Assembly (NCBI GenBank): GCA_020353515.1
Contig: CP070695.1
Span: 4,009,560-4,047,531 of the forward strand
Length of the DNA stretch: 37,972 bases
Direction: 5' to 3'
DNA from: Candidatus Heimdallarchaeota archaeon
Lineage (GTDB): Archaea; Asgardarchaeota; Heimdallarchaeia; Hodarchaeales; Hodarchaeaceae
Shown: positions 19,476-28,118 of the stretch, piece after piece
Layout: every line of letters begins with the position of its first letter
Position numbering within the stretch: the stretch's first letter is position 1
The notes under the pieces: model-generated
What the model was told of the DNA's origin: nothing
Database searches by the model: none
The model's input: the letters and a program-made list of their open reading frames with translations, nothing else
Program-made: the position numbers and the translations under genes

Positions 19476-21746
19476 TTACGTCTTTCTTCGTCTAGACCAG
19501 AACCTGAGAAAGACCACGGCCACTAGTAATGGAATGAGCTCAAATCCCCTACTAGTTTGATCACTGTGCGTGTTTTGTTCATTTTTCATTGATGTTATGG
19601 TAGATAAAGCAGAACTCGAAAGCGTGGTTGTGATTGATGTTTGTTCTGGACAAACAGGAGGAAAAATAGATGGGATAATGAAAGTTCTAATCAAACGTTG
19701 TACATCAAATCCATCTGATGTATAAACCACCACAAGATCAAGTTCGGGGATGATGTAAATTTTCTGAGTATTAAATCCCCATGCAAAATAACTTTTTATG
19801 TTACAATCTGTGAATGAAGTGAACCATACCTGATAACCATATAAGTTCTCACTCCCTAAGTGAGGATTATATCTTGTTGCATTTGCTATCCATTCAGCTG
19901 ACACGATTTGTTTTCCATTAAAAGGCCATGTTCCATTCTTTAGATAGAGATATCCGATTTTCACCATGTCTGAGGGTGTTAAATAAAGCCCTGAACCTCC
20001 ACGAACAATTCCTGAGGGATCTTGAAGCCATAGAAAATCGCCTGAAGTAATATTTAGTGGGTCAAAAAGATATTCCTGAGCAAAAGAAAGAGTTGTACGC
20101 CCTGTTACATTCTGGATGATCGCTGATAACAGATGAGACCCACCTGTATTATAAGTGAATACCTCTCCAGGGTCAAAATTCATTGGACGATCAAGAATAT
20201 ACTGCACCCAATCAGGACTTTCAACCATTAAACGATAGGAGTTCGCTGGATCACTAGGAGAGTCCCATTCTGTCCAATCCATCCCTGAAGTCATGGTTAA
20301 CAAGTGTTCAAGGGTCATAGCTTCCTTTCGTGAATCCCTATTAGAGATATTGCGATCAGGGAAGAAGTTTAAGACTTTTTGGTGTATACTATCTATATAT
20401 CCCTTTTCAATAGCGATTCCAACGAGGAGCGAGGTTATACTCTTTGTACAGGAGTAAATGTAGTGTTTACAGTCTCTTGAATAAATATGATTATCTGTTT
20501 GATAATATTCTTCTGTAACGAGATAACCATTACGTAGGACTAGAATGCTGTGAGCTAGGGTAAAATAGCGTTGAATATATTCGGTCATATCATTTAATAC
20601 AGTTGAATTCATCCCTTGAGTCTCTGGACTAGTTGTTTTCCAGAAAGGGTCTTTTGAGAGGATTGTTACAGGGCTCCCCCAAAGCCCAATTGTCCAATCT
20701 TCACTACCTGATGCCAATATAGCACCGTTAGGAGAAAAGTCCAGACTTCTGATTGAATTAGTATGACCCATTAAAGTACACAGATTCGTAGCAGTTGTAA
20801 CATTCCAAATCTTAATTTCAGCATCATTTAAAGACCAGGATGGAAAAAATATTCCGCCACCAGAAGCTAATAAACCGTTGGGCGAGAAAGCTACAGATTG
20901 AACAACTTCTTCATGACCCTCCAAGGTATTCATGAGAATGCCTGTTACTGTATCCCATAATTTCACTGTTTCATCCTTACTTGCTGAAGCTAAAATCTTT
21001 CCATCAACTGAAAATGCAACATCAAGCACATTGTCAGTATGGTTCACCAACTCTCTTAGTTCGTCACCTGTCGATGTATTCCAAAACTTGATGGTTCTAT
21101 CACGGGAAGAAGAGACTAATATTCTACTATCTAAAGGAGAAATAGCTATTGCACCCACCATATCAGTATGTCCAGTTAAATTTTGGATTATCTGCTCAGA
21201 TGTTCGATTCCAAATTCGTACTGAACCAGAGACACCCCATGTCCCTTCTCCCGAGAATAATAACTTCCCATCAGGAGAGAACAAAATTCCATTGCAAAAC
21301 TCTTCTTGGATTGGTAATGTTTGTATTACAGTTTCTGTGGTGAGATTCCAAATTTTGATAGTGCCATCTCGGGCTGTAGAGGCTAGAAGGCCTTCCTCAG
21401 AGAAGCATAAAGAATAAACAAATGATAGGTGCCCATTAAGGACACTGAGGAGAGAGCAATCACTCGTATTCCAAATTCTAATGGTTCTATCAAATCCTCC
21501 TGCAGAAGCTAGAACCTTTCCATCAGGAGAAAAAACAACATCGCTGACTCCTGCAGCATGACCTTTCAGCATAGTGAAATTATTGAATTCATTATAATGT
21601 ACAATTTGCGATTTGTTTTTGACATCAGATTCAATACCTATTCCTTGTTTTAACATTTGGGAATGACTTAAGCTGAGATTAAGTGAAATGATAATCCCAA
21701 ACGTTAAAGACAAAATTAGAATTTTCAGTTTCTTCTTGATCATCAT
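19476..21746 (-). CDS. Secreted WD40 beta-propeller fused to a beta-lactamase-family serine hydrolase, C-terminal anchor
   Basis: Signal peptide; seven GH...WD-type repeats; YSCTKS, LEHLLTMTSG, FTYNTG, YGYQVW; SRGFELIPLLVAVVFLRFWSRRRKT. Confidence 0.9.
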   Translation of the reverse strand: MMIKKKLKILILSLTFGIIISLNLSLSHSQMLKQGIGIESDVKNKSQIVHYNEFNNFTMLKGHAAGVSDVVFSPDGKVLASAGGFDRTIRIWNTSDCSLLSVLNGHLSFVYSLCFSEEGLLASTARDGTIKIWNLTTETVIQTLPIQEEFCNGILFSPDGKLLFSGEGTWGVSGSVRIWNRTSEQIIQNLTGHTDMVGAIAISPLDSRILVSSSRDRTIKFWNTSTGDELRELVNHTDNVLDVAFSVDGKILASASKDETVKLWDTVTGILMNTLEGHEEVVQSVAFSPNGLLASGGGIFFPSWSLNDAEIKIWNVTTATNLCTLMGHTNSIRSLDFSPNGAILASGSEDWTIGLWGSPVTILSKDPFWKTTSPETQGMNSTVLNDMTEYIQRYFTLAHSILVLRNGYLVTEEYYQTDNHIYSRDCKHYIYSCTKSITSLLVGIAIEKGYIDSIHQKVLNFFPDRNISNRDSRKEAMTLEHLLTMTSGMDWTEWDSPSDPANSYRLMVESPDWVQYILDRPMNFDPGEVFTYNTGGSHLLSAIIQNVTGRTTLSFAQEYLFDPLNITSGDFLWLQDPSGIVRGGSGLYLTPSDMVKIGYLYLKNGTWPFNGKQIVSAEWIANATRYNPHLGSENLYGYQVWFTSFTDCNIKSYFAWGFNTQKIYIIPELDLVVVYTSDGFDVQRLIRTFIIPSIFPPVCPEQTSITTTLSSSALSTITSMKNEQNTHSDQTSRGFELIPLLVAVVFLRFWSRRRKT

Positions 21747-21832
21747 TCTTCCCGTCTAACTTTTTGAACAGCATTTTTGGCTCAAACTACCACTACTCCA
21801 TTCACATAAATTATTATTATAAAAACTTTTCC

Positions 21833-21857
21833 ATAAAAATTATAATATATTTTTTAT
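21833..21857. promoter_or_regulatory. Imperfect 25-bp palindrome in a divergent promoter region
   Basis: ATAAAAATTATA-A-TATATTTTTTAT, 11 of 12 arm positions pair; lies in a very AT-rich spacer. Confidence 0.35.
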
Positions 21858-21902
21858 AATATCAATACATTATTAAAAGTCAAGTATAACCTTAACCTTG
21901 AT

Positions 21903-23084
21903 TTGGTATTTTTGGTCGAGACTATCTTGGAGACATTAACACAGGATATTGAAGAAATCTTTGCCTTTGAACCACTTATTATGGATGCCTTAAACCATAC
22001 TGTTTCTGATCAACATGTTCGTGTCTTAGCAATGATGTTCAAACTTGGGGGGTATACGACTCTGAATGTTTTAACTGATAAATTAGGCATTGCTCAACCA
22101 ACTGTTAGTAATAGAGTATCTAATCTGGAAAACATGGGGTATATTAGAAAAAATTCAGAACTAAAGCCCAAGGTTCTTGTCTTGCTTTTAACTGGAGAAG
22201 AGCTTAAAACCAGATTACATCAGAAAATAGAGACTCAACGAAATGCCGCTTCTTTCTTGCAGGAAGCATCACGAATTCGAAATAAAAAAGTAATAAAGAA
22301 TGCTCTTTTCAAAGCAACAAGTTCTCTCTATCCTGGAGAAAATTTAATGGCAAAGATTGTTGCTTTTACCTACATTCATAATACACTTCCAAGAAACAAG
22401 CTAATCAAATTAGTTTCTTCCTCTAAAAAATCTACCATGAAGTTAGATCGTGAATTAGACATCATATTAACATCTCATCCAGATATTTTCAATGTAATTT
22501 ACTACAAGTATCAAAAAAGAGGTACATTTATTCAGCCTCGGCTTCCGCTTGATTCATTTGCGAAAATTCGAATTAAACTTCTTGAATCAATACACCAATA
22601 TCAGAATAGATTATTAGAGAAGATGGCTCAATTGATTGGAATTGAGTATGATGCAATTATACCTCATCAACCATTGCCAAGTATAATTGAGATAGAACAA
22701 AGGATCAATACCTGTTTAAAATATTATAAAACAATAAGAATTATTGATAACTCCATCTATCAAAATCGATTCACAAATGGAGAGTTATTGGAGATAATAG
22801 CCTCAAGGAATAATTTTACAAGTGAACATAAATTAAAAATTTTAACAAAACATTCTATTCGCATTCCCTCAAGTATACGTTCATCACAAATTGAACAAAG
22901 GCCTAAAATAAAAACTCTTCATCGTGACTACATTTCACGGGATTTCATTATCTTTGAAGACCATGGATGTCTAATTATCCCTTCAAAAGTTAGTAATCCC
23001 CCTTACTATCATATCGCACCCCAATTTACAAAAACTGTATCAGATATCTTTAACACCCATTGGAGGAATGAAAATGCTATCTGA
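21903..23084 (+). CDS. Winged-HTH transcription regulator, TrmB/MarR-like, with probable C-terminal PLD-like effector domain
   Basis: TTLNVLTDKLGIAQPTVSNRVSNLENMGYI HTH; C-terminal IRIID...LKILT...FIIFED...IFNTHW pattern. Confidence 0.75.
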   Translation: MVFLVETILETLTQDIEEIFAFEPLIMDALNHTVSDQHVRVLAMMFKLGGYTTLNVLTDKLGIAQPTVSNRVSNLENMGYIRKNSELKPKVLVLLLTGEELKTRLHQKIETQRNAASFLQEASRIRNKKVIKNALFKATSSLYPGENLMAKIVAFTYIHNTLPRNKLIKLVSSSKKSTMKLDRELDIILTSHPDIFNVIYYKYQKRGTFIQPRLPLDSFAKIRIKLLESIHQYQNRLLEKMAQLIGIEYDAIIPHQPLPSIIEIEQRINTCLKYYKTIRIIDNSIYQNRFTNGELLEIIASRNNFTSEHKLKILTKHSIRIPSSIRSSQIEQRPKIKTLHRDYISRDFIIFEDHGCLIIPSKVSNPPYYHIAPQFTKTVSDIFNTHWRNENAI

Positions 23085-23661
23085 ATTCTTAAGAATGATT
23101 AAAGGATTCTTATTAGTAATCGGCCCAGCAAAAGCTGGAAAAACAAGCATTTTAAGACGGCTCGTAACTGGAAAGTTTGATGATCACGAACCAACATTAG
23201 GATTTCGTGAAGAGACCATCGCAAAAGTCAGAATTTTAGAGATTGGAGGACAGAGAGATTTTAGGAAATATTGGATTGAAGCAATTAATCAGGATCCAGT
23301 CCATATTTTTTTTGTGATCGATGTAACAAGTAAAAACGACTTTGAGAATTACACTCTTTTTATTAAAGAAAATAAGGAGCTCTTTCCCCACATTATGGAG
23401 CGTACTACCTTAATTGCGAACAAATTGGATTTAGTTCCTACTACTCCACCCTATATTCAACAAAAAAATCAGATAATCGAATGTAGTGCTAAAACTGGTG
23501 AAGGGTTACTAGATTTACTTGAACTTATTGCGAATTTCAAGGACGTGGCTGAAGCAAAGGTAGTAATAAATCATGCTGAGGACGTTCCTGACAAAATAAG
23601 TGATGAAAGGGATCTAGAAATCGCAGAAGCAGTTCTAAAAAAGTATGAAGGGAAATTTTAA
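23068..23661 (+). CDS. Arf-like small GTPase (start probably ATG at 23074)
   Basis: G1 GPAKAGKT, G2 PTLGF, G3 EIGGQ followed by R..W, G4 NKLD, G5 CSAK; GGAGG at 23062-23066. Confidence 0.9.
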   Translation: MKMLSEFLRMIKGFLLVIGPAKAGKTSILRRLVTGKFDDHEPTLGFREETIAKVRILEIGGQRDFRKYWIEAINQDPVHIFFVIDVTSKNDFENYTLFIKENKELFPHIMERTTLIANKLDLVPTTPPYIQQKNQIIECSAKTGEGLLDLLELIANFKDVAEAKVVINHAEDVPDKISDERDLEIAEAVLKKYEGKF

Positions 23662-23679
23662 TATATCACATAAAAGATT

Positions 23680-25968
23680 TCATGCTTTTGGAAATTCAGA
23701 AAGTAGAGAAGCTAAGATTTCTTCTTGAACTTGCTCTAATTGATTGATAGTTATATCTGATATTTCTGAGATCGTACTAAACAATGAATTAAGGTAATTT
23801 AATATCCTATTTTTACTTAGTAACATCATTGAATCGAATTGCTTTGGATAAATAAATAAAAAAATCGCTGGAACCCCTCCCTTTCTAATTAGTCTGGTAT
23901 CTTCCATAGATTCATCTGGTAATCTTACTCCATAAGTTATATAATGCCACTCAACCCTCTTTGCACCATAAATTAATGGTTGAGGAAATGGGCCATAAAA
24001 AGTTTCCAGTTCACCTTGTTGATATAATACACCAGAATATTCCAATATTGAACGTAATTGTTCCTTATTAAATGGACAGGATTCGGTTTTCTTTTGAATA
24101 ATCCACCCATTTTCTGAAAATGAACCAAAGCAAACCTCTACACTAATCTTTTTTTGTTTAAACAATCTTATGATCTCTGCTTCACTGAGATAGAATCTTT
24201 TGTGAATCATCCGACCAACCATGGATAAAAAATAGGTTGTTTCTGCAGTCTCACTCATAATAATATCTTGTTTCAGCAGCTTCTCCGTCTCCCCAACTGG
24301 ATACCGTTCTGTTAATAGCTGTTGTTCTAACGCAATGATATCAGCTAATCGCCTCAACTGTTTCTTCTCTGCGATATTAAATGCCTTTTTTAATAATTTT
24401 TGCGTTTCTATTGGTTTCATTTCAATTAAAGATAATTTTGATTGGAGTAAATAGGTTTCAGCGAGTAATGAGAAAGAATTCTTGTCCTGTGCAATTTCTT
24501 CAAGCTTATTTAACCATTCGTTAACATCTTGTAAAATTTCTTCATTTCTATAATGATGAAATTCATCAATTAAGAGCTCAATTAGGTTAAGGATTGCATC
24601 AATTGTAAGTTCAAAATCCACGATTTCTTCTTCAGCTACTTGTTTGAACAGCTTTTGGGCTTCTCCCCGTTGTATTGCTCTATTTTCTGTTTTCAACAAA
24701 GTTGCATATCCGAGTAAATAGATTTGATTCAACCATTTGTTATTTTCGGTCTCACTAATCCGTTTTAGTTCTTGAGTATAGTTTTGCGCTTGTTCTAGTT
24801 TGTTTAAATCGATACTTAGCTTGATTAAATTATAATAGGGGAGGTAACTTAACCCCCTAAAAGGATGTAGAGACACATTCATATCGGTAATGTTTTCTAG
24901 ACACCTGTTGTAAAATTCAAATGCTTCTTCATACTTTCCTTGTGCATGAAGGATTTTACCAATTTTATTATACCCACGGGCAACATTAAATCGCTTTGAC
25001 TTTGTAAAAGATTCCAGATTCTCCAGTGATTCTTGATAATATTCTAAAGCTTTTTGTATTTCCCCTTTAATGTAATAAATGTCTCCCAATTTATCTAAAG
25101 ATAATGTAATGAAGTACTTCCTACCATGTTCCCTATAAATCCTCATACTTTTTTCATAATGCTTTAAAGCTTGATTGAGATCTCCCTTTTGAACATACAA
25201 CCTGCCTAGAGTACCATATGAATGAGCTAATATTTCTTGATGACCTATTTCCTCACTGATCTTCTTACTTTTTTCTAAGTAGTCAAGTGCTTGATTTACA
25301 ACTCCTTTATAAAGAGATATTTCCCCAAGCTTCCAAAGTGTATGAGCAATGCCCCAATTGTTTTTTATTTCTTTGAAAATCTTAAGATTTTGTGTATATA
25401 TCTGAATCGCGGATTCTGTCTCCCCGTCTGACGCGTAAATCTCCCCAATAAGGTCATTATTAAGAGCAATCCCAAAATCGTCGTTGCATTTTATAAATAA
25501 AACTTCTGCCTCTCGGGAGAGTTCTAAAGCCTTTCGATAATCATCGTGGGCATACATGAGATTCCTCCCCTTGTGATGGATTACCCAAGCTTTTCTCATT
25601 ATCATTTTAGAGGATAGATTCTTAGGAATGGACTCGAGAAGCTGTTCTGCTTCTTTAATTTTTGAGAGACTCTCAGAATAATTTTCTGTTATCCAACCTG
25701 CTAATGCAAAATCATTTAAAGCATCAACAACCTGTAGTGGAGATCCGAGCTCTTTTGATCTTTGAATAACAAATGGAGCGAACTCCCAAAGTCTTTTAAA
25801 TTCTCCCAAATCTTTTAAGAGCTTCATTTTTAGTAATTGAACGTCTAAAAAGATGTTCTCTGGGATACTGTTTTGTGTATCGATTTTTTCAAGGAGAGAG
25901 AAAGCTTTCTTGAGGTCACCTTCGTTCACCAGTTGATCGATTCGGTCTAATTCCTCTGAAAAGTTCAT
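23680..25968 (-). CDS. Tetratricopeptide-repeat protein with an uncharacterised C-terminal alpha/beta domain
   Basis: Repeats such as LGEISLYKGVVNQALDYLEKS, LGRLYVQKGDLNQALKHYEKS, LGDIYYIKGEIQKALEYYQES; the last 155 or so residues are non-TPR. Confidence 0.9.
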   Translation of the reverse strand: MNFSEELDRIDQLVNEGDLKKAFSLLEKIDTQNSIPENIFLDVQLLKMKLLKDLGEFKRLWEFAPFVIQRSKELGSPLQVVDALNDFALAGWITENYSESLSKIKEAEQLLESIPKNLSSKMIMRKAWVIHHKGRNLMYAHDDYRKALELSREAEVLFIKCNDDFGIALNNDLIGEIYASDGETESAIQIYTQNLKIFKEIKNNWGIAHTLWKLGEISLYKGVVNQALDYLEKSKKISEEIGHQEILAHSYGTLGRLYVQKGDLNQALKHYEKSMRIYREHGRKYFITLSLDKLGDIYYIKGEIQKALEYYQESLENLESFTKSKRFNVARGYNKIGKILHAQGKYEEAFEFYNRCLENITDMNVSLHPFRGLSYLPYYNLIKLSIDLNKLEQAQNYTQELKRISETENNKWLNQIYLLGYATLLKTENRAIQRGEAQKLFKQVAEEEIVDFELTIDAILNLIELLIDEFHHYRNEEILQDVNEWLNKLEEIAQDKNSFSLLAETYLLQSKLSLIEMKPIETQKLLKKAFNIAEKKQLRRLADIIALEQQLLTERYPVGETEKLLKQDIIMSETAETTYFLSMVGRMIHKRFYLSEAEIIRLFKQKKISVEVCFGSFSENGWIIQKKTESCPFNKEQLRSILEYSGVLYQQGELETFYGPFPQPLIYGAKRVEWHYITYGVRLPDESMEDTRLIRKGGVPAIFLFIYPKQFDSMMLLSKNRILNYLNSLFSTISEISDITINQLEQVQEEILASLLSEFPKA

Positions 25969-26026
25969 TTGCTAAGTATCCCAGAACTACTAATACACAA
26001 ATGTACTATATTAAAATTTTGTAGAA

Positions 26027-26473
26027 TCAACTAGTGAATTCAATTGAAGGGAAATAATGAAGAAAAAGAAGGAGAAAAACACTCAGGGTAAGAACCCACT
26101 TCGTGGCTCTAATAGGTCTCCATTCTAAATCTTTATCTAAGCTCAGGGGTTGAGACTTATTCTTAATGCTCATCCAGGCGCCAAGTCCTAGCAATAGAAT
26201 CATAGCGATCCCAAGAACCCACCCAGTAAGAATGTAAGACTGATCAAGCGGGGTTATGGTAAAACCATGGCTAAAACCTAAGATAATGGCAAATTTTGTG
26301 GCATTGACGTGAATGTGGTATAATGGACGTTGCATCTTATTATAGAAGGCATTGTAGGATTGATTCCTCCATGTCTTTTTGATTATTTTGAGAACGATAC
26401 AAAAAATTCCGATAACCACCAAGATCTTAGTAAGATTCACAGCGATTGTACTGATAATTTCAAATAAGGTCAC
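26027..26473 (-). CDS. Small 4-TM membrane protein, possibly cytochrome b-like
   Basis: Four hydrophobic segments; H-x13-H in helix 2. Confidence 0.6.
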   Translation of the reverse strand: MTLFEIISTIAVNLTKILVVIGIFCIVLKIIKKTWRNQSYNAFYNKMQRPLYHIHVNATKFAIILGFSHGFTITPLDQSYILTGWVLGIAMILLLGLGAWMSIKNKSQPLSLDKDLEWRPIRATKWVLTLSVFLLLFLHYFPSIEFTS

Positions 26474-26485
26474 ACAATTCTTCTC

Positions 26486-27466
26486 CTACAGTAATGATTT
26501 TTTCTCCTCAGGTTGCCAGATTCCAAACTTAACAAAATTATACATGGCAGACACAGCCATGACGACAGTGGCTATTGCTAAGATGATCCAAAGAATAGAA
26601 TCAATTCCCGATAGAAAAGGAAGGCCTAACGCGATTGAAGCCTGACCAACCGTGAAGGGGTACGCTAGAAAGAGAGTAATAAGTGCTAAACTGCCAATAG
26701 TGTTATCAGCAGCGGTAATCAACCTTGAAATACGAATTCGTCCAAGGAAGAACTGAGCCAGATAGGCAAAAAGATTGGCTGTCCATGTAATATAACAGGC
26801 GAGAGCGCCTGAAATAAACCAATTCTCGTTGAATAGCGGTAAGACTTCAGTAACAGTAATCCAAAACATCAAAACCATTGTGAAAATTACCGCAAGAGCC
26901 CCAATCAGTCCCCCAATATGTGTTCTTAAGGCCCCCCAGCTGGAAGTGGGTTCGAGTTCTTTTTCCTTCCCTTCAAAAAACTGTTGGCGAATCTCCTCTC
27001 GAAAAAGCTCCATTTGTTCTTGGAAATCCTGCTCATCTTTATAATAGAGGTACACAACCGCAATTACGGCTAGAATTACTCCTGGAATTAATGTAAAAAC
27101 CCAGAAAATCCAGGACTCACTACTAATAGCTGTAAAGACTGCAGATACAACCGCAACAAAAACTAAACCTAAAGCCCCAATGATCAGGAATTGTTGCTCA
27201 GTAATTCTATTTTCAGGATATTTTCCTTCAAACTCCTCATATTCTGTGAGGAAGCGGTTTGCTAACGTTTCAGGATCTTCTATCCTTCTGAGGGCAATCT
27301 CAAATGCCTGCGATACGGATACGTTTTCTTCTGTAGCAATATCCTGTGCCACATCCCAAATGTGGGTTTTTAACTCTTGTAAAATTTGATCCTTGTCGTT
27401 TAACGATTTTAAACGTCTTTTAACTTGATCTAAATATTTATTTACATTTTCATCGGTTATACTCAT
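26486..27466 (-). CDS. HAAS/DUF1700-like signalling-domain membrane protein
   Basis: N-terminal KYLDQVKRRL...ILQELKTHI...EDPETLA followed by about 6 TM helices; immediately downstream of padR. Confidence 0.75.
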   Translation of the reverse strand: MSITDENVNKYLDQVKRRLKSLNDKDQILQELKTHIWDVAQDIATEENVSVSQAFEIALRRIEDPETLANRFLTEYEEFEGKYPENRITEQQFLIIGALGLVFVAVVSAVFTAISSESWIFWVFTLIPGVILAVIAVVYLYYKDEQDFQEQMELFREEIRQQFFEGKEKELEPTSSWGALRTHIGGLIGALAVIFTMVLMFWITVTEVLPLFNENWFISGALACYITWTANLFAYLAQFFLGRIRISRLITAADNTIGSLALITLFLAYPFTVGQASIALGLPFLSGIDSILWIILAIATVVMAVSAMYNFVKFGIWQPEEKKSLL

Positions 27467-27471
27467 CTAGT

Positions 27472-27861
27472 TTAGTCACCTGTTAAGTTCTCAAACTCGG
27501 AGATGATCTGAGAGTAATACACCCAGTTCCGGTACAATGCCTTCATGGCATCTCTGCCCTGGTCAGTTAGAAAGTAATATTTGCGAGGGGGGCCTTTGAG
27601 CGAATCACCTTCGCGATATTCAATCAACTTATCTTTGACAAGTCGACGGAGAATCGCGTAAAAGCTGGCTGTAGTCTTGGAAATCTCTCCCTGAGTTTGA
27701 CTTTCTAGTTCAGTCGCAATATTATAGCCATGAATCCCACTCTCACTGTTTTTATCAATAATCGCTAAGAGGATAAGTCGAGTGGCAGAGTTGAGAAGCT
27801 GGTTGCGCTCCTTATCGATCCAATTTCTGACATCGGGCTGCTTACTAGTCAAATAAGTCAT
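27472..27861 (-). CDS. PadR family transcriptional regulator
   Basis: LILLAII, HGYNIA, FYAILRRL, GPPRKYYFLTDQGR. Confidence 0.93.
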   Translation of the reverse strand: MTYLTSKQPDVRNWIDKERNQLLNSATRLILLAIIDKNSESGIHGYNIATELESQTQGEISKTTASFYAILRRLVKDKLIEYREGDSLKGPPRKYYFLTDQGRDAMKALYRNWVYYSQIISEFENLTGD

Positions 27862-27911
27862 CTCATCGGTTTGTGAATACCTTTCTGAATTGCTTTTTGT
27901 TTTACTATTTC

Positions 27912-27963
27912 TATTATTATTAGTTAAATAGTAATAATATTGAGTATATAACCTTTGTTATAT
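27912..27963. promoter_or_regulatory. Palindromes upstream of padR (candidate operators)
   Basis: TATTATTATTAGTTAAATAGTAATAATA (27912-27939, 2 mismatched pairs) and ATATAAC-CTTT-GTTATAT (27946-27963, perfect arms). Confidence 0.45.
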
Positions 27964-28118
27964 GATACCATATCCACTGATAAAACACGAATTATAGCAC
28001 AGCAAGGAATACTCTCCCCTTAGTTGATAAAATATAATCAACTACTATGGATGGGCCTGTAATCATAATAAGAGGATAGTTAGGAATGTTAGTTGTTGAA
28101 AACAAGAGAGAGGAAGGA

